DNA from: Patescibacteria group bacterium
Lineage (GTDB): Bacteria > Patescibacteriota > Doudnabacteria > UBA920 > O2-02-FULL-48-8
DNA length: 64,000 bases
NCBI GenBank assembly: GCA_036278915.1
Contig: DASUKB010000001.1
Location: 237,186 to 301,185, forward strand
Direction: 5' to 3'
Shown one piece after another: positions 20,337-29,771 of the stretch; within the stretch, counting starts at the first letter, position 1; each line of letters begins with the position of its first letter. The notes under the pieces were generated by a model. That model was not told the origin of the DNA. It saw only the letters and a list, made by a program, of their open reading frames with translations, and did no database searches. A program made the translations under genes and the position numbers.

Positions 20337-22109
20337 ATGCAAGATAAAATCCGAAATTTTTGTATTATTGCTCACATCGATCACGGGAAATCCACGCTCG
20401 CGGATCGGCTTTTGGAAATGACTTCCACAGTTTCCAAACGGGAAATGAAAGAACAGCTTCTCGATACCATGGAGCTGGAGCGCGAGCGGGGCATTACCAT
20501 CAAACTGCAACCCGTACGCATGGAGTGGAACGGCTATATTTTGAATCTCATAGACACGCCCGGCCATGTGGACTTTACTTATGAAGTTTCTCGTTCGCTT
20601 GCTGCTTGTGAAGGCGCAATTTTAGTCGTTGATTCAACTCAAGGCATAGAAGCGCAGACACTTGCTAACATTCACCTCGCTCAAGCTCATAACCTCAAAA
20701 TCATCCCGGTGGTAAATAAAATTGATTTGCCGAATTCCGACCGCGAAAAAACCGCGGAGGAGATTAAAAAGGCTTTTGGATTTACCGATGACGAAATTTT
20801 GTACGCATCTGGCAAAACCGGCGAAGGCGTAGACGAAATCCTCCAGGCCGTAGCCGACCGCGTACCAGCACCAAGCGGAAATCCGTCTGCTTCCTTGCGC
20901 GCGCTTATTTTTGACTCTGCTTACGATCAGCACCGCGGCGTGCTGACGTTCGTGCGTATCGTAGATGGCAAACTTTCTAAAAACGAAAAAATCCAAATGC
21001 TGGGTACTGCCACCCCGGCCGAAGCACTAGAGATCGGATACTTCCATCCGAAATTGTTCCCGTCAGCGGATCTCAAGACCGGAGAAGTCGGGTATATAGT
21101 CACGGGACTGCGCGATGTGCGCAAAGCGCGCGTGGGAGACACAATTACCGTTGCCGGGGCCAAAGTTTCCGCGCTTCCAGGTTACAAACAAATCAAACCA
21201 ATGGTTTACGCTTCCATCTTCCCGGTCTCGGGAGATGATTACCCGCTGCTTCGCGATGCCATAGAAAAACTTAAACTTTCCGATGCGGCTTTGGAATTTA
21301 TTCCCGAGCACATCCCAGCACTTGGATTTGGCTTCCGTACAGGATTCTTGGGGCTGCTTCATATGGATATTGTGCAGGAAAGGCTTTCGCGCGAGTACAA
21401 TTTGGATCTGGTACTCACTGCGCCGTCTGTGGAATACAAAATCAATCTCAAGGACCGGACAAACAAGATTATCCACACTCCCGCCGAATTACCGGACTTG
21501 TCCTTAGTCGAATCCATAGAAGAGCCTTGGGTCGCGGTAGAAATTTTGGTGCCGCAAAAATTCATAGGCGGCATTTTGGAACTTATAACAAGCCGGCGGG
21601 GCATTTACCAGAATATGGATTATTTGTCGGATGACCGCGTGCTCATATCGGCACAAATGCCTCTTGCCAACATCATTATAGATTTTTATGATAAACTTAA
21701 GAGTGTCTCCTCCGGTTACGCTTCGCTCAATTACGAGTATCTGGAAATGCGCACAGGCGATCTGGTTAAGCTCGACATCCTGGTGGCTTCCGAGGCCGTA
21801 GATGCGCTGTCCATGATTGTCCACAAATCCGTAGCCGAGTCCGAAGGCCGCTCACTTACAGAGAAACTCAAAACGCTTATACCGCGCCAGCAGTTTGAAA
21901 TTGCCATACAGGCTGCAATCGGCGGCAAAATCGTCGCCCGCGAAACGATTTCTGCCGTGCGCAAGGACGTGACCAAAGGTTTGTACGGCGGCGACGTCAC
22001 GCGCAAAATGAAATTGCTGGAGAAACAGAAAAAAGGAAAGAAGCGCCTCAAGCGGATCGGCCAGGTAGACATACCACAGGAAGCATTCCTGGCAATCCTC
22101 AAGAAGTAA
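20337..22109 (+). CDS. lepA: Translation elongation factor 4
   Basis: IAHIDHGKSTLADR, DTPGHVDF, GFRTGFLGLLH, YGGDVTRKMKLLEKQK. Confidence 0.98.
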   Translation: MQDKIRNFCIIAHIDHGKSTLADRLLEMTSTVSKREMKEQLLDTMELERERGITIKLQPVRMEWNGYILNLIDTPGHVDFTYEVSRSLAACEGAILVVDSTQGIEAQTLANIHLAQAHNLKIIPVVNKIDLPNSDREKTAEEIKKAFGFTDDEILYASGKTGEGVDEILQAVADRVPAPSGNPSASLRALIFDSAYDQHRGVLTFVRIVDGKLSKNEKIQMLGTATPAEALEIGYFHPKLFPSADLKTGEVGYIVTGLRDVRKARVGDTITVAGAKVSALPGYKQIKPMVYASIFPVSGDDYPLLRDAIEKLKLSDAALEFIPEHIPALGFGFRTGFLGLLHMDIVQERLSREYNLDLVLTAPSVEYKINLKDRTNKIIHTPAELPDLSLVESIEEPWVAVEILVPQKFIGGILELITSRRGIYQNMDYLSDDRVLISAQMPLANIIIDFYDKLKSVSSGYASLNYEYLEMRTGDLVKLDILVASEAVDALSMIVHKSVAESEGRSLTEKLKTLIPRQQFEIAIQAAIGGKIVARETISAVRKDVTKGLYGGDVTRKMKLLEKQKKGKKRLKRIGQVDIPQEAFLAILKK

Positions 22110-22126
22110 TTCAATTTCGTAGATAT

Positions 22127-22231
22127 ATGCAAAATAGAAAAAGATTAGAAAAAATGTTTGCCATATTTGCCATCATCATGATTTTGGGCATGGTGCTGTT
22201 TACGTTGAGTGCGCTTTTGGCAAGCCAGTAA
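22127..22231 (+). CDS. 34-aa single-pass membrane micro-protein
   Basis: Hand-translated MQNRKRLEKMFAIFAIIMILGMVLFTLSALLASQ; below ORF-track cutoff. Confidence 0.6.
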   Translation: MQNRKRLEKMFAIFAIIMILGMVLFTLSALLASQ

Positions 22232-22270
22232 GTCATAAGGAGAGGGGAGTTCTAAAAGGAAAAGACAAGC

Positions 22271-22627
22271 ATGAATTTTTTGAAATCAAAATTCGGCACT
22301 GTGGCCCTGGCAGGCGCAAGTATTCTGATTTTGTTTGTCACAGTCCGCCTTTTGGCCGAAAAGTACCACGTTGACAAACAGATCCGTCAGCTTACCGCAC
22401 GCGCTGAAGATATTTCTTCACAAAACCAGCAGCTTTCGGACCTGGTGAACTATCTCAACACCGATGAGTACCGCGACAAAGCCGCCCGAGAACAGCTGGG
22501 ACTCAAGAAAGACGGCGAGGTGGTGGTGGCATTGCCGCAGCAGTCAACGGAACAATCGCAGGACCAGCCACCGCAGGCTCCGGCCAGTCATCCGCAAGAG
22601 TGGTTTGATTATTTCTTTAAGCATTAA
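22271..22627 (+). CDS. Septum formation initiator (FtsB/DivIC family)
   Basis: TM helix, coiled coil, AREQLGLKKDGEVV. Confidence 0.85.
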   Translation: MNFLKSKFGTVALAGASILILFVTVRLLAEKYHVDKQIRQLTARAEDISSQNQQLSDLVNYLNTDEYRDKAAREQLGLKKDGEVVVALPQQSTEQSQDQPPQAPASHPQEWFDYFFKH

Positions 22628-22633
22628 TGGCCG

Positions 22634-23485
22634 ATGAAATTAAATAAAAAACAGATTATCTGGATTTCCACTGGTGTAGTGGTGATTTTAATTTTGGCTT
22701 CAGGGCTTTTAGCGTACGCCTCGAGCCTTTCTGACCCGGTTACAAAAGCTTTGAGGAAGGTCTACCCAGCGGCGATTGTCGGCGGCAGAAAAATAGTGCC
22801 CGTATCCGCATCGGATGAATTCGTGAGCATAGTCGGACGCTTGGATTCGACTGTTTCGAAGCATACTGCTTACCAGACTTATCTGACACAGGTTAAATCC
22901 GAAGTGCTCATGAGAAATTTAGGCCTTAAGCTCGACTCGGACAGCGTGAGTGATGAGCTGAATTTTTACACTAAGGGGGCGAGTAGTTCTTTGGACCAGT
23001 TCATAAGCACGTATTTTAATAATAGCCAGCAAAGCTTTGTGGACACGGTCGTTCAGCCAGAGGCCGTGGAGGCAAAACTGCGTATTTATTATAATTCCAA
23101 CTTTTCTCTAAACCAGGCGGCGTATGACAAAGCGCAAAATATTTTGATGCAACTTAAATCCGGCACAGACTTTGCAACCCTTGCCAAAACGGAAAGTGAT
23201 GACAAACAGACTGCGGCACTTGGCGGCGATATGGGATTTTTTGCGCACGGTGAAATTTTACCGGAGTTGGAAAAACAAATCGTAATTGCCAGAGAAGGCC
23301 AGGTCAGCGATATTTTGGTTACGCGCGACGGCTACGAAATCGTAGAACCCATAGAGACATCCACAGACTCATCCGGCCAAAAAACTTGGCACGCGCGGCA
23401 CATCCTGGTCCAAACCAATGGCTTTGAACAGTGGCTGGCCAACCAGACCAAAAATATAAACGTTGTTACTCTCAAAAAGTATTAA
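22634..23485 (+). CDS. Parvulin-type peptidyl-prolyl isomerase (PrsA/SurA-like)
   Basis: FATLAKTESDD, GGDMGFF, ARHILV. Confidence 0.88.
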   Translation: MKLNKKQIIWISTGVVVILILASGLLAYASSLSDPVTKALRKVYPAAIVGGRKIVPVSASDEFVSIVGRLDSTVSKHTAYQTYLTQVKSEVLMRNLGLKLDSDSVSDELNFYTKGASSSLDQFISTYFNNSQQSFVDTVVQPEAVEAKLRIYYNSNFSLNQAAYDKAQNILMQLKSGTDFATLAKTESDDKQTAALGGDMGFFAHGEILPELEKQIVIAREGQVSDILVTRDGYEIVEPIETSTDSSGQKTWHARHILVQTNGFEQWLANQTKNINVVTLKKY

Positions 23486-23519
23486 AAAAATCCCGATCTC
23501 TCTGAAAAGAAAGATCGGG

Positions 23520-23777
23520 TCATCGGCGCGCCAGAATGTACATGAGGTGGATGTACGCGTGCGAATACATACGCAGGAGTATTCCAGCCATAGTGCACAC
23601 GCAAAGCGCGATGTAGATTTGGAAGCCTGTCTGGTCTATCCATAACATCCAGATAAGGCCGCCAAAAATGAAAAGACCCACGAACCCCAGCAGTACGGTC
23701 CAGCTCTGAAAGCCGATTGCGTACCCGATTACGACAGCAAAAGCCAGCGAACCGAGCAATTTCGCAAGTGATTCCAA
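23520..23777 (-). CDS. Small multi-pass membrane protein
   Basis: TTG start after AAAGGAGGA; hydrophobic; divergent from tRNA-Gly. Confidence 0.65.
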   Translation of the reverse strand: MESLAKLLGSLAFAVVIGYAIGFQSWTVLLGFVGLFIFGGLIWMLWIDQTGFQIYIALCVCTMAGILLRMYSHAYIHLMYILARR

Positions 23778-23855
23778 ATCTCCTCCTTTGAAAAAGGCCC
23801 AAAACCTTGTTTTTATTATACCAAAATCTGTATAATACAAAAGCAAATAATCCGT

Positions 23856-23929
23856 GCGGGTATAGTACAATGGTAGTATGAAACCTTCCCAAGGTTTAGA
23901 CGCGGGTCCGATTCCCGCTACCCGCTCCA
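23856..23929 (+). tRNA. tRNA-Gly(CCC)
   Basis: GCGGGTA acceptor stem, AAACC-TTCCCAA-GGTTT anticodon arm, T-loop TCCGATT, encoded CCA. Confidence 0.93.
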
Positions 23930-23945
23930 TTAACGTTCAAACTAT

Positions 23946-24206
23946 ATGAGAATAGAGAAAAAGATTTTACCCGAATATTTTGCTCAAATAGAAAATGGAT
24001 CCAAAACTTTTGAGTTGCGCCTGGCTGATTGGGATTGCAAAGCAGGAGATGTTTTGGTTTTGCGAGAATGGGATCCGCAACCAAAGACTTATACTGGACG
24101 AGAAATTTCCAAGGAAGTTGGGTATGTTCTGAAGACCAAAGACGTGCATTTGTTTCCAAGTGATGATGTGGAAAAATTCGGCTATCAAATAATCTCTTTG
24201 AAATGA
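23946..24206 (+). CDS. DUF3850/ASCH (PUA-like) domain protein
   Basis: KKILPEYF..I..GSKTFELR..D....GDVLVLREWD...YTGR. Confidence 0.85.
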   Translation: MRIEKKILPEYFAQIENGSKTFELRLADWDCKAGDVLVLREWDPQPKTYTGREISKEVGYVLKTKDVHLFPSDDVEKFGYQIISLK

Positions 24207-24535
24207 CCCAGGAATATAATAAGTTAGTCAGGGACAATATACCTGACGTCATAAAAAAAGATCATAAAACGTCGGGATTTCATGTAGCAGATGAAGTTGA
24301 ATACGAACAGAAGTTGTCGGAGAAATTAAAAGAAGAAGTAGAAGAATTTTTGGCAGAGTTTAGTCCGGAAGAATTGGCCGATGTGTTGGAAGTTATCTAC
24401 ACCATTACGGATTTGAAGAATATAGATTTAGAGAAAGTTGAAGAAATCCGATTGAATAAAAATCAAAAACGCGGATCGTTTAAAAAAAGAATTATTTTGG
24501 ATGTAATAAATGACCAAAGCTCAGATATTGGTTAA
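24203..24535 (+). CDS. MazG-like NTP pyrophosphohydrolase
   Basis: YNKLVRDNIP, KLKEEVEEF, EELADVLEV, KRGSF. Confidence 0.85.
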   Translation: MTQEYNKLVRDNIPDVIKKDHKTSGFHVADEVEYEQKLSEKLKEEVEEFLAEFSPEELADVLEVIYTITDLKNIDLEKVEEIRLNKNQKRGSFKKRIILDVINDQSSDIG

Positions 24536-25115
24536 AACCCGAGGATTCGTGCGTACAAAATTAGAAAACGAGGCCACTGGGCACGATTGGTATCACATCG
24601 AGCGTGTGGTGCGTGCGGCAAAGCTGATCGGCAAAAAAGAAAAAGCCGATTTGTTTATAGTTGAACTCGGCGCGCTCCTGCATGACATTGCGGATTGGAA
24701 ATTCAATCAAGACCAGCACGCAGGAGAAAAAGTCACCAGAAAGTGGCTGATTTCGCTTGGTTTAGACAAAGACAACATCGAGCGAGTGGCTTATATTGTG
24801 CAAAATATCTCTTTCAAAGTAGGCGCAAACAAGCATAAGATGAAAAGTATAGAAGGAATGGTTGTCCAAGATGCGGACAGGTTGGATGCTTTGGGAGCGA
24901 TTGGCGTTGCGCGGGCGTTCGCTTATGGCGGGTACAAGCACCGGATGATTTACGATCCGGAGGGAAAGTCCGAAACGTCAATCAAGCATTTTTATGATAA
25001 AATTTTGTGGCTGCGCGATTTGATGAATACCAAAACCGGCTACAAACTGGCAGGTGAGCGCGAAAAATTTGTGAAAAATTATTTAAAGCAATTTTATAAG
25101 GAATGGGGCGAGTAG
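24510..25115 (+). CDS. HD-domain phosphohydrolase
   Basis: GHDWYHIERV, LLHDIAD, VQDADRLDALGAIG. Confidence 0.92.
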   Translation: MTKAQILVKTRGFVRTKLENEATGHDWYHIERVVRAAKLIGKKEKADLFIVELGALLHDIADWKFNQDQHAGEKVTRKWLISLGLDKDNIERVAYIVQNISFKVGANKHKMKSIEGMVVQDADRLDALGAIGVARAFAYGGYKHRMIYDPEGKSETSIKHFYDKILWLRDLMNTKTGYKLAGEREKFVKNYLKQFYKEWGE

Positions 25116-25185
25116 TCGAAGTTCGGTTGCGCTTCAAAACATCAAATGTTTCTGCGCGCTTGAAAAATCGAACTTCACTACTTGC
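25108..25185. repeat. GTAG...CTAC-flanked palindrome overlapping HD gene stop
   Basis: GCGAGTAGTCGAAGTTCGGTT...AATCGAACTTCACTACTTGC. Confidence 0.7.
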
Positions 25186-25199
25186 TAAAAAGGAAAATA

Positions 25200-26996
25200 A
25201 TGCCGAAAAAAGAACAGCTCCCAGTTTGGGATCTATCTGCCTTCTACAAGAACGTTGATGATCCGAAAATAAAATCGGATGCAAAAAAGAATTTAATCAA
25301 TTCGCAAAAGTTTACAAAAAGATTCAAAAACCGTCTTGCTGGCTTTGATGCGAAACAGTTACTGGCTGCGCTTCAACAACTTGAAAAAATTTATACGCTT
25401 ACTTCAAAGCTTGCAAATTTTGCGGAGCTTACTTTAAGCGTGGACAGCCAGAATCCGAAAAATAACGTCCTTTATCAGCAAATGATGGATCACGCGCTTG
25501 CAATTCAAAGCAACCTCATTTTTTTTGATCTGGAAATCATGGAGTTGCCGGAAAGCCAAATCAAAAAATTAATCAACAGTCCTGCCCTGCTTAATTATAA
25601 ACACCATCTAACTGACCTGCTGCACTACAAGCCGCACCACCTCTCCGAAGCCGAGGAGCAAATTTTTAATGATAAATCTACAACGGGCGCGAGCGCTTTT
25701 AACCGTCTTTTCGATCAGCATTTTGCTTCCAGGAAATTTGAAGTGACTCTGGGCAACGTAACCAAAACTATGACGGAATCAGAAGCTTTGAACCTGACTA
25801 TGGTTCCAAACAGGTCCACCAGAAAGGCAGCAGCGGAAGGCATCACCAAAACTCTGAATGCCGATGCTAAGATGCTGACGCTGATTTACAACACAATCGT
25901 GAAAGACGCCGCTATAAATACCCGCTGGCATAAATACAAAATACCAGAACAGCCGAGGCATATGTCCAACGAAATTGATCAAAAAACTGTGGATACTATG
26001 ACAACAGTCATAGTGGAAGGCTACGGTATTGTGGAAGATTTTTATAATTTTAAACGCCGGGTGATGAAACTCCCAAAGCTCTATATTTATGACCGCTATG
26101 CGCCAATTTCTAGTTCGGAACAAAATTTTTCTTTTGGCCAGGCAAAACAAATAGTTTTCGACTCCTTTGAAAAATTTTCTCCAAAGTTTGCCGCAGCGGC
26201 AAAGGAATTTTTCGATAAGAAATGGATCCATGCGCCAGTGTCTCCAGGCAAACGCGGTGGCGCGTACTGCTCTTATAACACCAACGACACACACCCGGTT
26301 GTTTTTTTAAACTACCTGGGTAAAGCGCGTGATGTACAAACACTGGCCCACGAGCTTGGTCACGGAATAAACGCATATCTGATGCGCAAACAAACTTACC
26401 TGAATTACGGTAATCCTTTGACTATGGCGGAAACAGCTAGTGTTTTTGGCGAAATGTTGGTTTTTGATGATCTTAAAGAAAAAATCAAAAATCCGAAGGA
26501 AAAATTTGCATTGTACGTAGATAAAATTCAGGACATTTTTTCTACTGTCTTTCGGCAAACAGCCATGTATAAATTTGAGCAAGATTTTCATGCCTTGCAA
26601 AAAACAAAAGGCGAGCTGACTACCGATGAGATCAATCTACTTTGGATTACGCGCCAGAAGGAAATGTTTGGGAAATCGCTGGACCTTACCGGTTCCGAAC
26701 AATGGTGGAGCTACATTCCGCATTTTTTGCATACGCCATTCTATGTGTATGCATATTCGTTTGGAGAGCTCATGGTACTTTCTCTTTATGCCCAGTACAA
26801 GAAAAATCCGCAGGGCTTTGTGCCGAAGTATTTGGACTTAATGAGCGCAGGCAGCATCCGGACTCCCCAAGAATTGCTCAAACCTTTTAATATTAATCTT
26901 TCTGATCGCAAATTCTGGCAGGGTGGCATAAACATCATCAAAGAACTGGTTACTGAAGCCAAGCTTATTTACGCGCAAACGAAAAAGCGCAAATAG
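25200..26996 (+). CDS. pepF: Oligoendopeptidase F (peptidase M3B)
   Basis: WDLS, GKRGGAYC, LAHELGH, AETASVFGE, FYVYAY. Confidence 0.93.
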   Translation: MPKKEQLPVWDLSAFYKNVDDPKIKSDAKKNLINSQKFTKRFKNRLAGFDAKQLLAALQQLEKIYTLTSKLANFAELTLSVDSQNPKNNVLYQQMMDHALAIQSNLIFFDLEIMELPESQIKKLINSPALLNYKHHLTDLLHYKPHHLSEAEEQIFNDKSTTGASAFNRLFDQHFASRKFEVTLGNVTKTMTESEALNLTMVPNRSTRKAAAEGITKTLNADAKMLTLIYNTIVKDAAINTRWHKYKIPEQPRHMSNEIDQKTVDTMTTVIVEGYGIVEDFYNFKRRVMKLPKLYIYDRYAPISSSEQNFSFGQAKQIVFDSFEKFSPKFAAAAKEFFDKKWIHAPVSPGKRGGAYCSYNTNDTHPVVFLNYLGKARDVQTLAHELGHGINAYLMRKQTYLNYGNPLTMAETASVFGEMLVFDDLKEKIKNPKEKFALYVDKIQDIFSTVFRQTAMYKFEQDFHALQKTKGELTTDEINLLWITRQKEMFGKSLDLTGSEQWWSYIPHFLHTPFYVYAYSFGELMVLSLYAQYKKNPQGFVPKYLDLMSAGSIRTPQELLKPFNINLSDRKFWQGGINIIKELVTEAKLIYAQTKKRK

Positions 26997-27041
26997 CGCT
27001 AGCCTGCCGCAAGGCAGGCTTTTTTGTTATAATACCTCCAC

Positions 27042-27117
27042 GCCGAAGTAGCTCAGCTGGTAGAGCAATGCTTTCGTAAAGCAGAGGTCGCCGGTTCGAT
27101 CCCGGCCTTCGGCTCCA
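27042..27117 (+). tRNA. tRNA-Thr(CGT)
   Basis: GCCGAAG acceptor stem, TTCGTAA anticodon loop, GGTTCGATCC, CCA. Confidence 0.95.
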
Positions 27118-27124
27118 GAAAACC

Positions 27125-27244
27125 ATGATCAATTTTTACTTTGCTTTAGGAATAATTTCGGGTATCATCGCTGCGCTTGCGGTTATTCCTTATATCAAAG
27201 ATATTCTACATGGTTCGACTCCCACCTTCGGCTCCAGAATTTAA
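27125..27244 (+). pseudogene. Truncated membrane-protein gene ending in a duplicated tRNA 3' end
   Basis: MINFYFALGIISGIIAALAVIPYIKDILHGSTPTFGSRI*; last codons are a copy of the tRNA-Thr 3' end. Confidence 0.55.
27212..27239 (+). repeat. Duplicated 3' end of tRNA-Thr (att-like)
   Basis: GGTTCGACTCCCACCTTCGGCTCCAGAA vs tRNA GGTTCGATCCCGGCCTTCGGCTCCAGAA. Confidence 0.8.
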
Positions 27245-27323
27245 AGTCAAGGCTGCCATTTTTTGCCGGGCTTGCCAAATCGGCATTTTTTTATTATACT
27301 TTCCGCGTCAATTAAGATTTTAC

Positions 27324-27560
27324 ATGCCTGAACCTGAACAAAAACCGAAACTGCCTCCTGTAAACAAATGGCTCCTTGTCAATTTCGCGTTTGAGTTTGG
27401 GTTTATAATTGCAATTCCGCTGCTGATATTGGCTTTGGGCGGCAAATGGCTGGACGCAAAACAGGGGACATATCCGGCATTTACGCTGGCTGGCGTGGTA
27501 CTGGCCATAGCCGCGAGCACACTTTGGATTTCTAAACGGGTAAAAAGGTACATAAGATGA
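27324..27560 (+). CDS. AtpZ/AtpI-family membrane protein
   Basis: Two TM helices, GKWLD, first gene of atp operon. Confidence 0.85.
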   Translation: MPEPEQKPKLPPVNKWLLVNFAFEFGFIIAIPLLILALGGKWLDAKQGTYPAFTLAGVVLAIAASTLWISKRVKRYIR

Positions 27561-28378
27561 ATATAAATCTGCCGCCGATTACGGCGGAACCGATTTTTCA
27601 TATCGGGACATTTCCCATAACCAATGCCTACATAGACTCATGTCTGGTAGTGGTGTTGTTTTTGGTGCTCGGACTTATAATCCGCAAAAAGAATTCGATT
27701 ATACCAAGAGGCATCCAGAACGTTATGGAAGCAGCACTTGAATTTATGCTTGGCTACATTGACCAGGTCACGCACGATCGCAAAAGATCGCTTCAAATTT
27801 TGCCGATTATCGGCGGAATCTTCAGCTTTATTTTGGTATGCAACTACCTGGAACTTATCCCAGGCTCCGGCTCAATCGGCCGCTGGCTTTTGGTAGACGG
27901 GCAAAAGCAGCTAGTGCCGCTATTCCGCTCGCCGGATTCGGACCTGAACTTGACTTTGGCCATGGCTGTGTTTGCGGTACTGTTTTCGCATATTATGGGT
28001 GTGGTATCGGTTGGAATATTTCGTTATGCCAATAAATTCGTTAAACTCTGGGACATCATCAAATCCTTCAGCCGCGGCGGGTTGAGCATTATGACCGCGG
28101 TCATAGAATTTGGCGTGGGATTGCTTGAGATCTTGTCAGAAGTAGCCAAGCTTGTATCGCTGTCGTTCCGATTGTTTGGCAACGTTTTTGCCGGTGGGAT
28201 TTTGCTTGCGATTATAGCAGGACTATTTGCTTACCTTCTACCGTTGCCCTTTATGATGCTCGAGCTCATCGTCGGGCTCATCCAGGCTTTGGTATTTGCC
28301 ATGCTGGCTCTAACGTACTTTGTCGTCGCGACAGCGCCAATACACGAGGAGCATGTGCCCGCAGAAGCCGAAGCTTAA
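27557..28378 (+). CDS. atpB: ATP synthase Fo subunit a
   Basis: SLSFRLFGNVFAG, IQALVFAML. Confidence 0.96.
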   Translation: MNINLPPITAEPIFHIGTFPITNAYIDSCLVVVLFLVLGLIIRKKNSIIPRGIQNVMEAALEFMLGYIDQVTHDRKRSLQILPIIGGIFSFILVCNYLELIPGSGSIGRWLLVDGQKQLVPLFRSPDSDLNLTLAMAVFAVLFSHIMGVVSVGIFRYANKFVKLWDIIKSFSRGGLSIMTAVIEFGVGLLEILSEVAKLVSLSFRLFGNVFAGGILLAIIAGLFAYLLPLPFMMLELIVGLIQALVFAMLALTYFVVATAPIHEEHVPAEAEA

Positions 28379-28498
28379 ATTTAGAAGCTTGGGTAGAGAA
28401 ACTTACTGTCGAAATAAGTTTCTGTTTCCAAACTTTTAACGGCCCGTCCGGCGCGCCTAATGGCGAGGCCTTGGGCCGACGGGACGACTTTAAATTAA

Positions 28499-28744
<246 letters not shown>

Positions 28745-28810
28745 GGGGAAGGGGGAAGGGAAACCAATTGCAGTTCCCTTCGCTCTCCTCTCTATAATTA
28801 AGGATTAATT

Positions 28811-29308
28811 ATGAATGTTTTAGGTACACTCGGTCTGGATTGGAAACTCTTTATCGCACAGTTGGTCAACTTTGCCATCGTACTGGTGATCTTTTGGAAA
28901 TGGATTGTTAAGCCTCTTGCGAAAAATTTGACTGACCGCCAAAGCAAAATTGAATCTGGCATCAAAAATGCCGAGTATATGGAAAAAGAAAAGGAGAACT
29001 TCGAACAGTGGCGGATGAACGAGATGCGCAAAACGAGAGATGAAGCGGACAAAATTCTCAAAATTGCAATTTTAGACGCGGAAAAAGTTAAAACCGATAC
29101 GGTAATCGAGACTCACGAACAAACAGTGCGGATGCTAGAGCAGGCTAAAATTTCTATGGATGCCCAAAAGCAGCGCGCCATGCGCGAGATCCGCGAAGAC
29201 GTGGCGACTCTTGTGGTGGCGGCTTCGGAAAAGATTTTGCGGCACAAACTGGATGAGAAAAAAGACCACGCGTTAGTAAGCGAAAGCATCCAGGAGGTGG
29301 TCAAATAA
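28811..29308 (+). CDS. atpF: ATP synthase Fo subunit b
   Basis: LFIAQLVNFAIV TM helix plus coiled coil; operon position. Confidence 0.93.
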   Translation: MNVLGTLGLDWKLFIAQLVNFAIVLVIFWKWIVKPLAKNLTDRQSKIESGIKNAEYMEKEKENFEQWRMNEMRKTRDEADKILKIAILDAEKVKTDTVIETHEQTVRMLEQAKISMDAQKQRAMREIREDVATLVVAASEKILRHKLDEKKDHALVSESIQEVVK

Positions 29309-29706
29309 TGAAATTTTCAGCCTTAGAATACGCACGGGCTTTGTTGGATTCTGTGACTGACACAGATCCTAAAGAGCTGGACCTGGTGCTCAACAATTTT
29401 GTAGAGGTGCTGGCTGCCAACAACGACGTTTCGCTGTTCCCCGAAATTGAACAGGAATTCCACAAACTGGAACTTGCATCACGCGGACAAAAGCTTGCCG
29501 AAGTTACATCGGCCCATCCGCTAAGCCGCGAAAACGAACGGGATATAATTACGGAATTAAACAAACTGGTAAAAGGCGATGTAACGCTTAAGAAAAAGAT
29601 TGATGAGAAAATTTTGGGAGGCGTGGTCATCCGCCTGGACGACCAGCTGATAGATGCATCGGTTAAGGGCGAACTGGACAATTTAAAAAATGAATTAAGC
29701 AAATAA
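29308..29706 (+). CDS. atpH: ATP synthase F1 delta (short form)
   Basis: YARAL, ILGGVVIRLDDQLIDASV. Confidence 0.9.
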   Translation: MKFSALEYARALLDSVTDTDPKELDLVLNNFVEVLAANNDVSLFPEIEQEFHKLELASRGQKLAEVTSAHPLSRENERDIITELNKLVKGDVTLKKKIDEKILGGVVIRLDDQLIDASVKGELDNLKNELSK

Positions 29707-29771
29707 ACCCTCTCACCCTCGCCCCTCTCCCCGAGAGCGGGAGAGGAGAGTTCTAGAAAGAAGAAAACCTA

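Noticed and set aside
23482-23930. Long ORF-track versions of the minus-strand ORFs crossing tRNA-Gly
   Set aside because: They overlap a real tRNA; a TTG start at 23777 with a strong SD is more plausible
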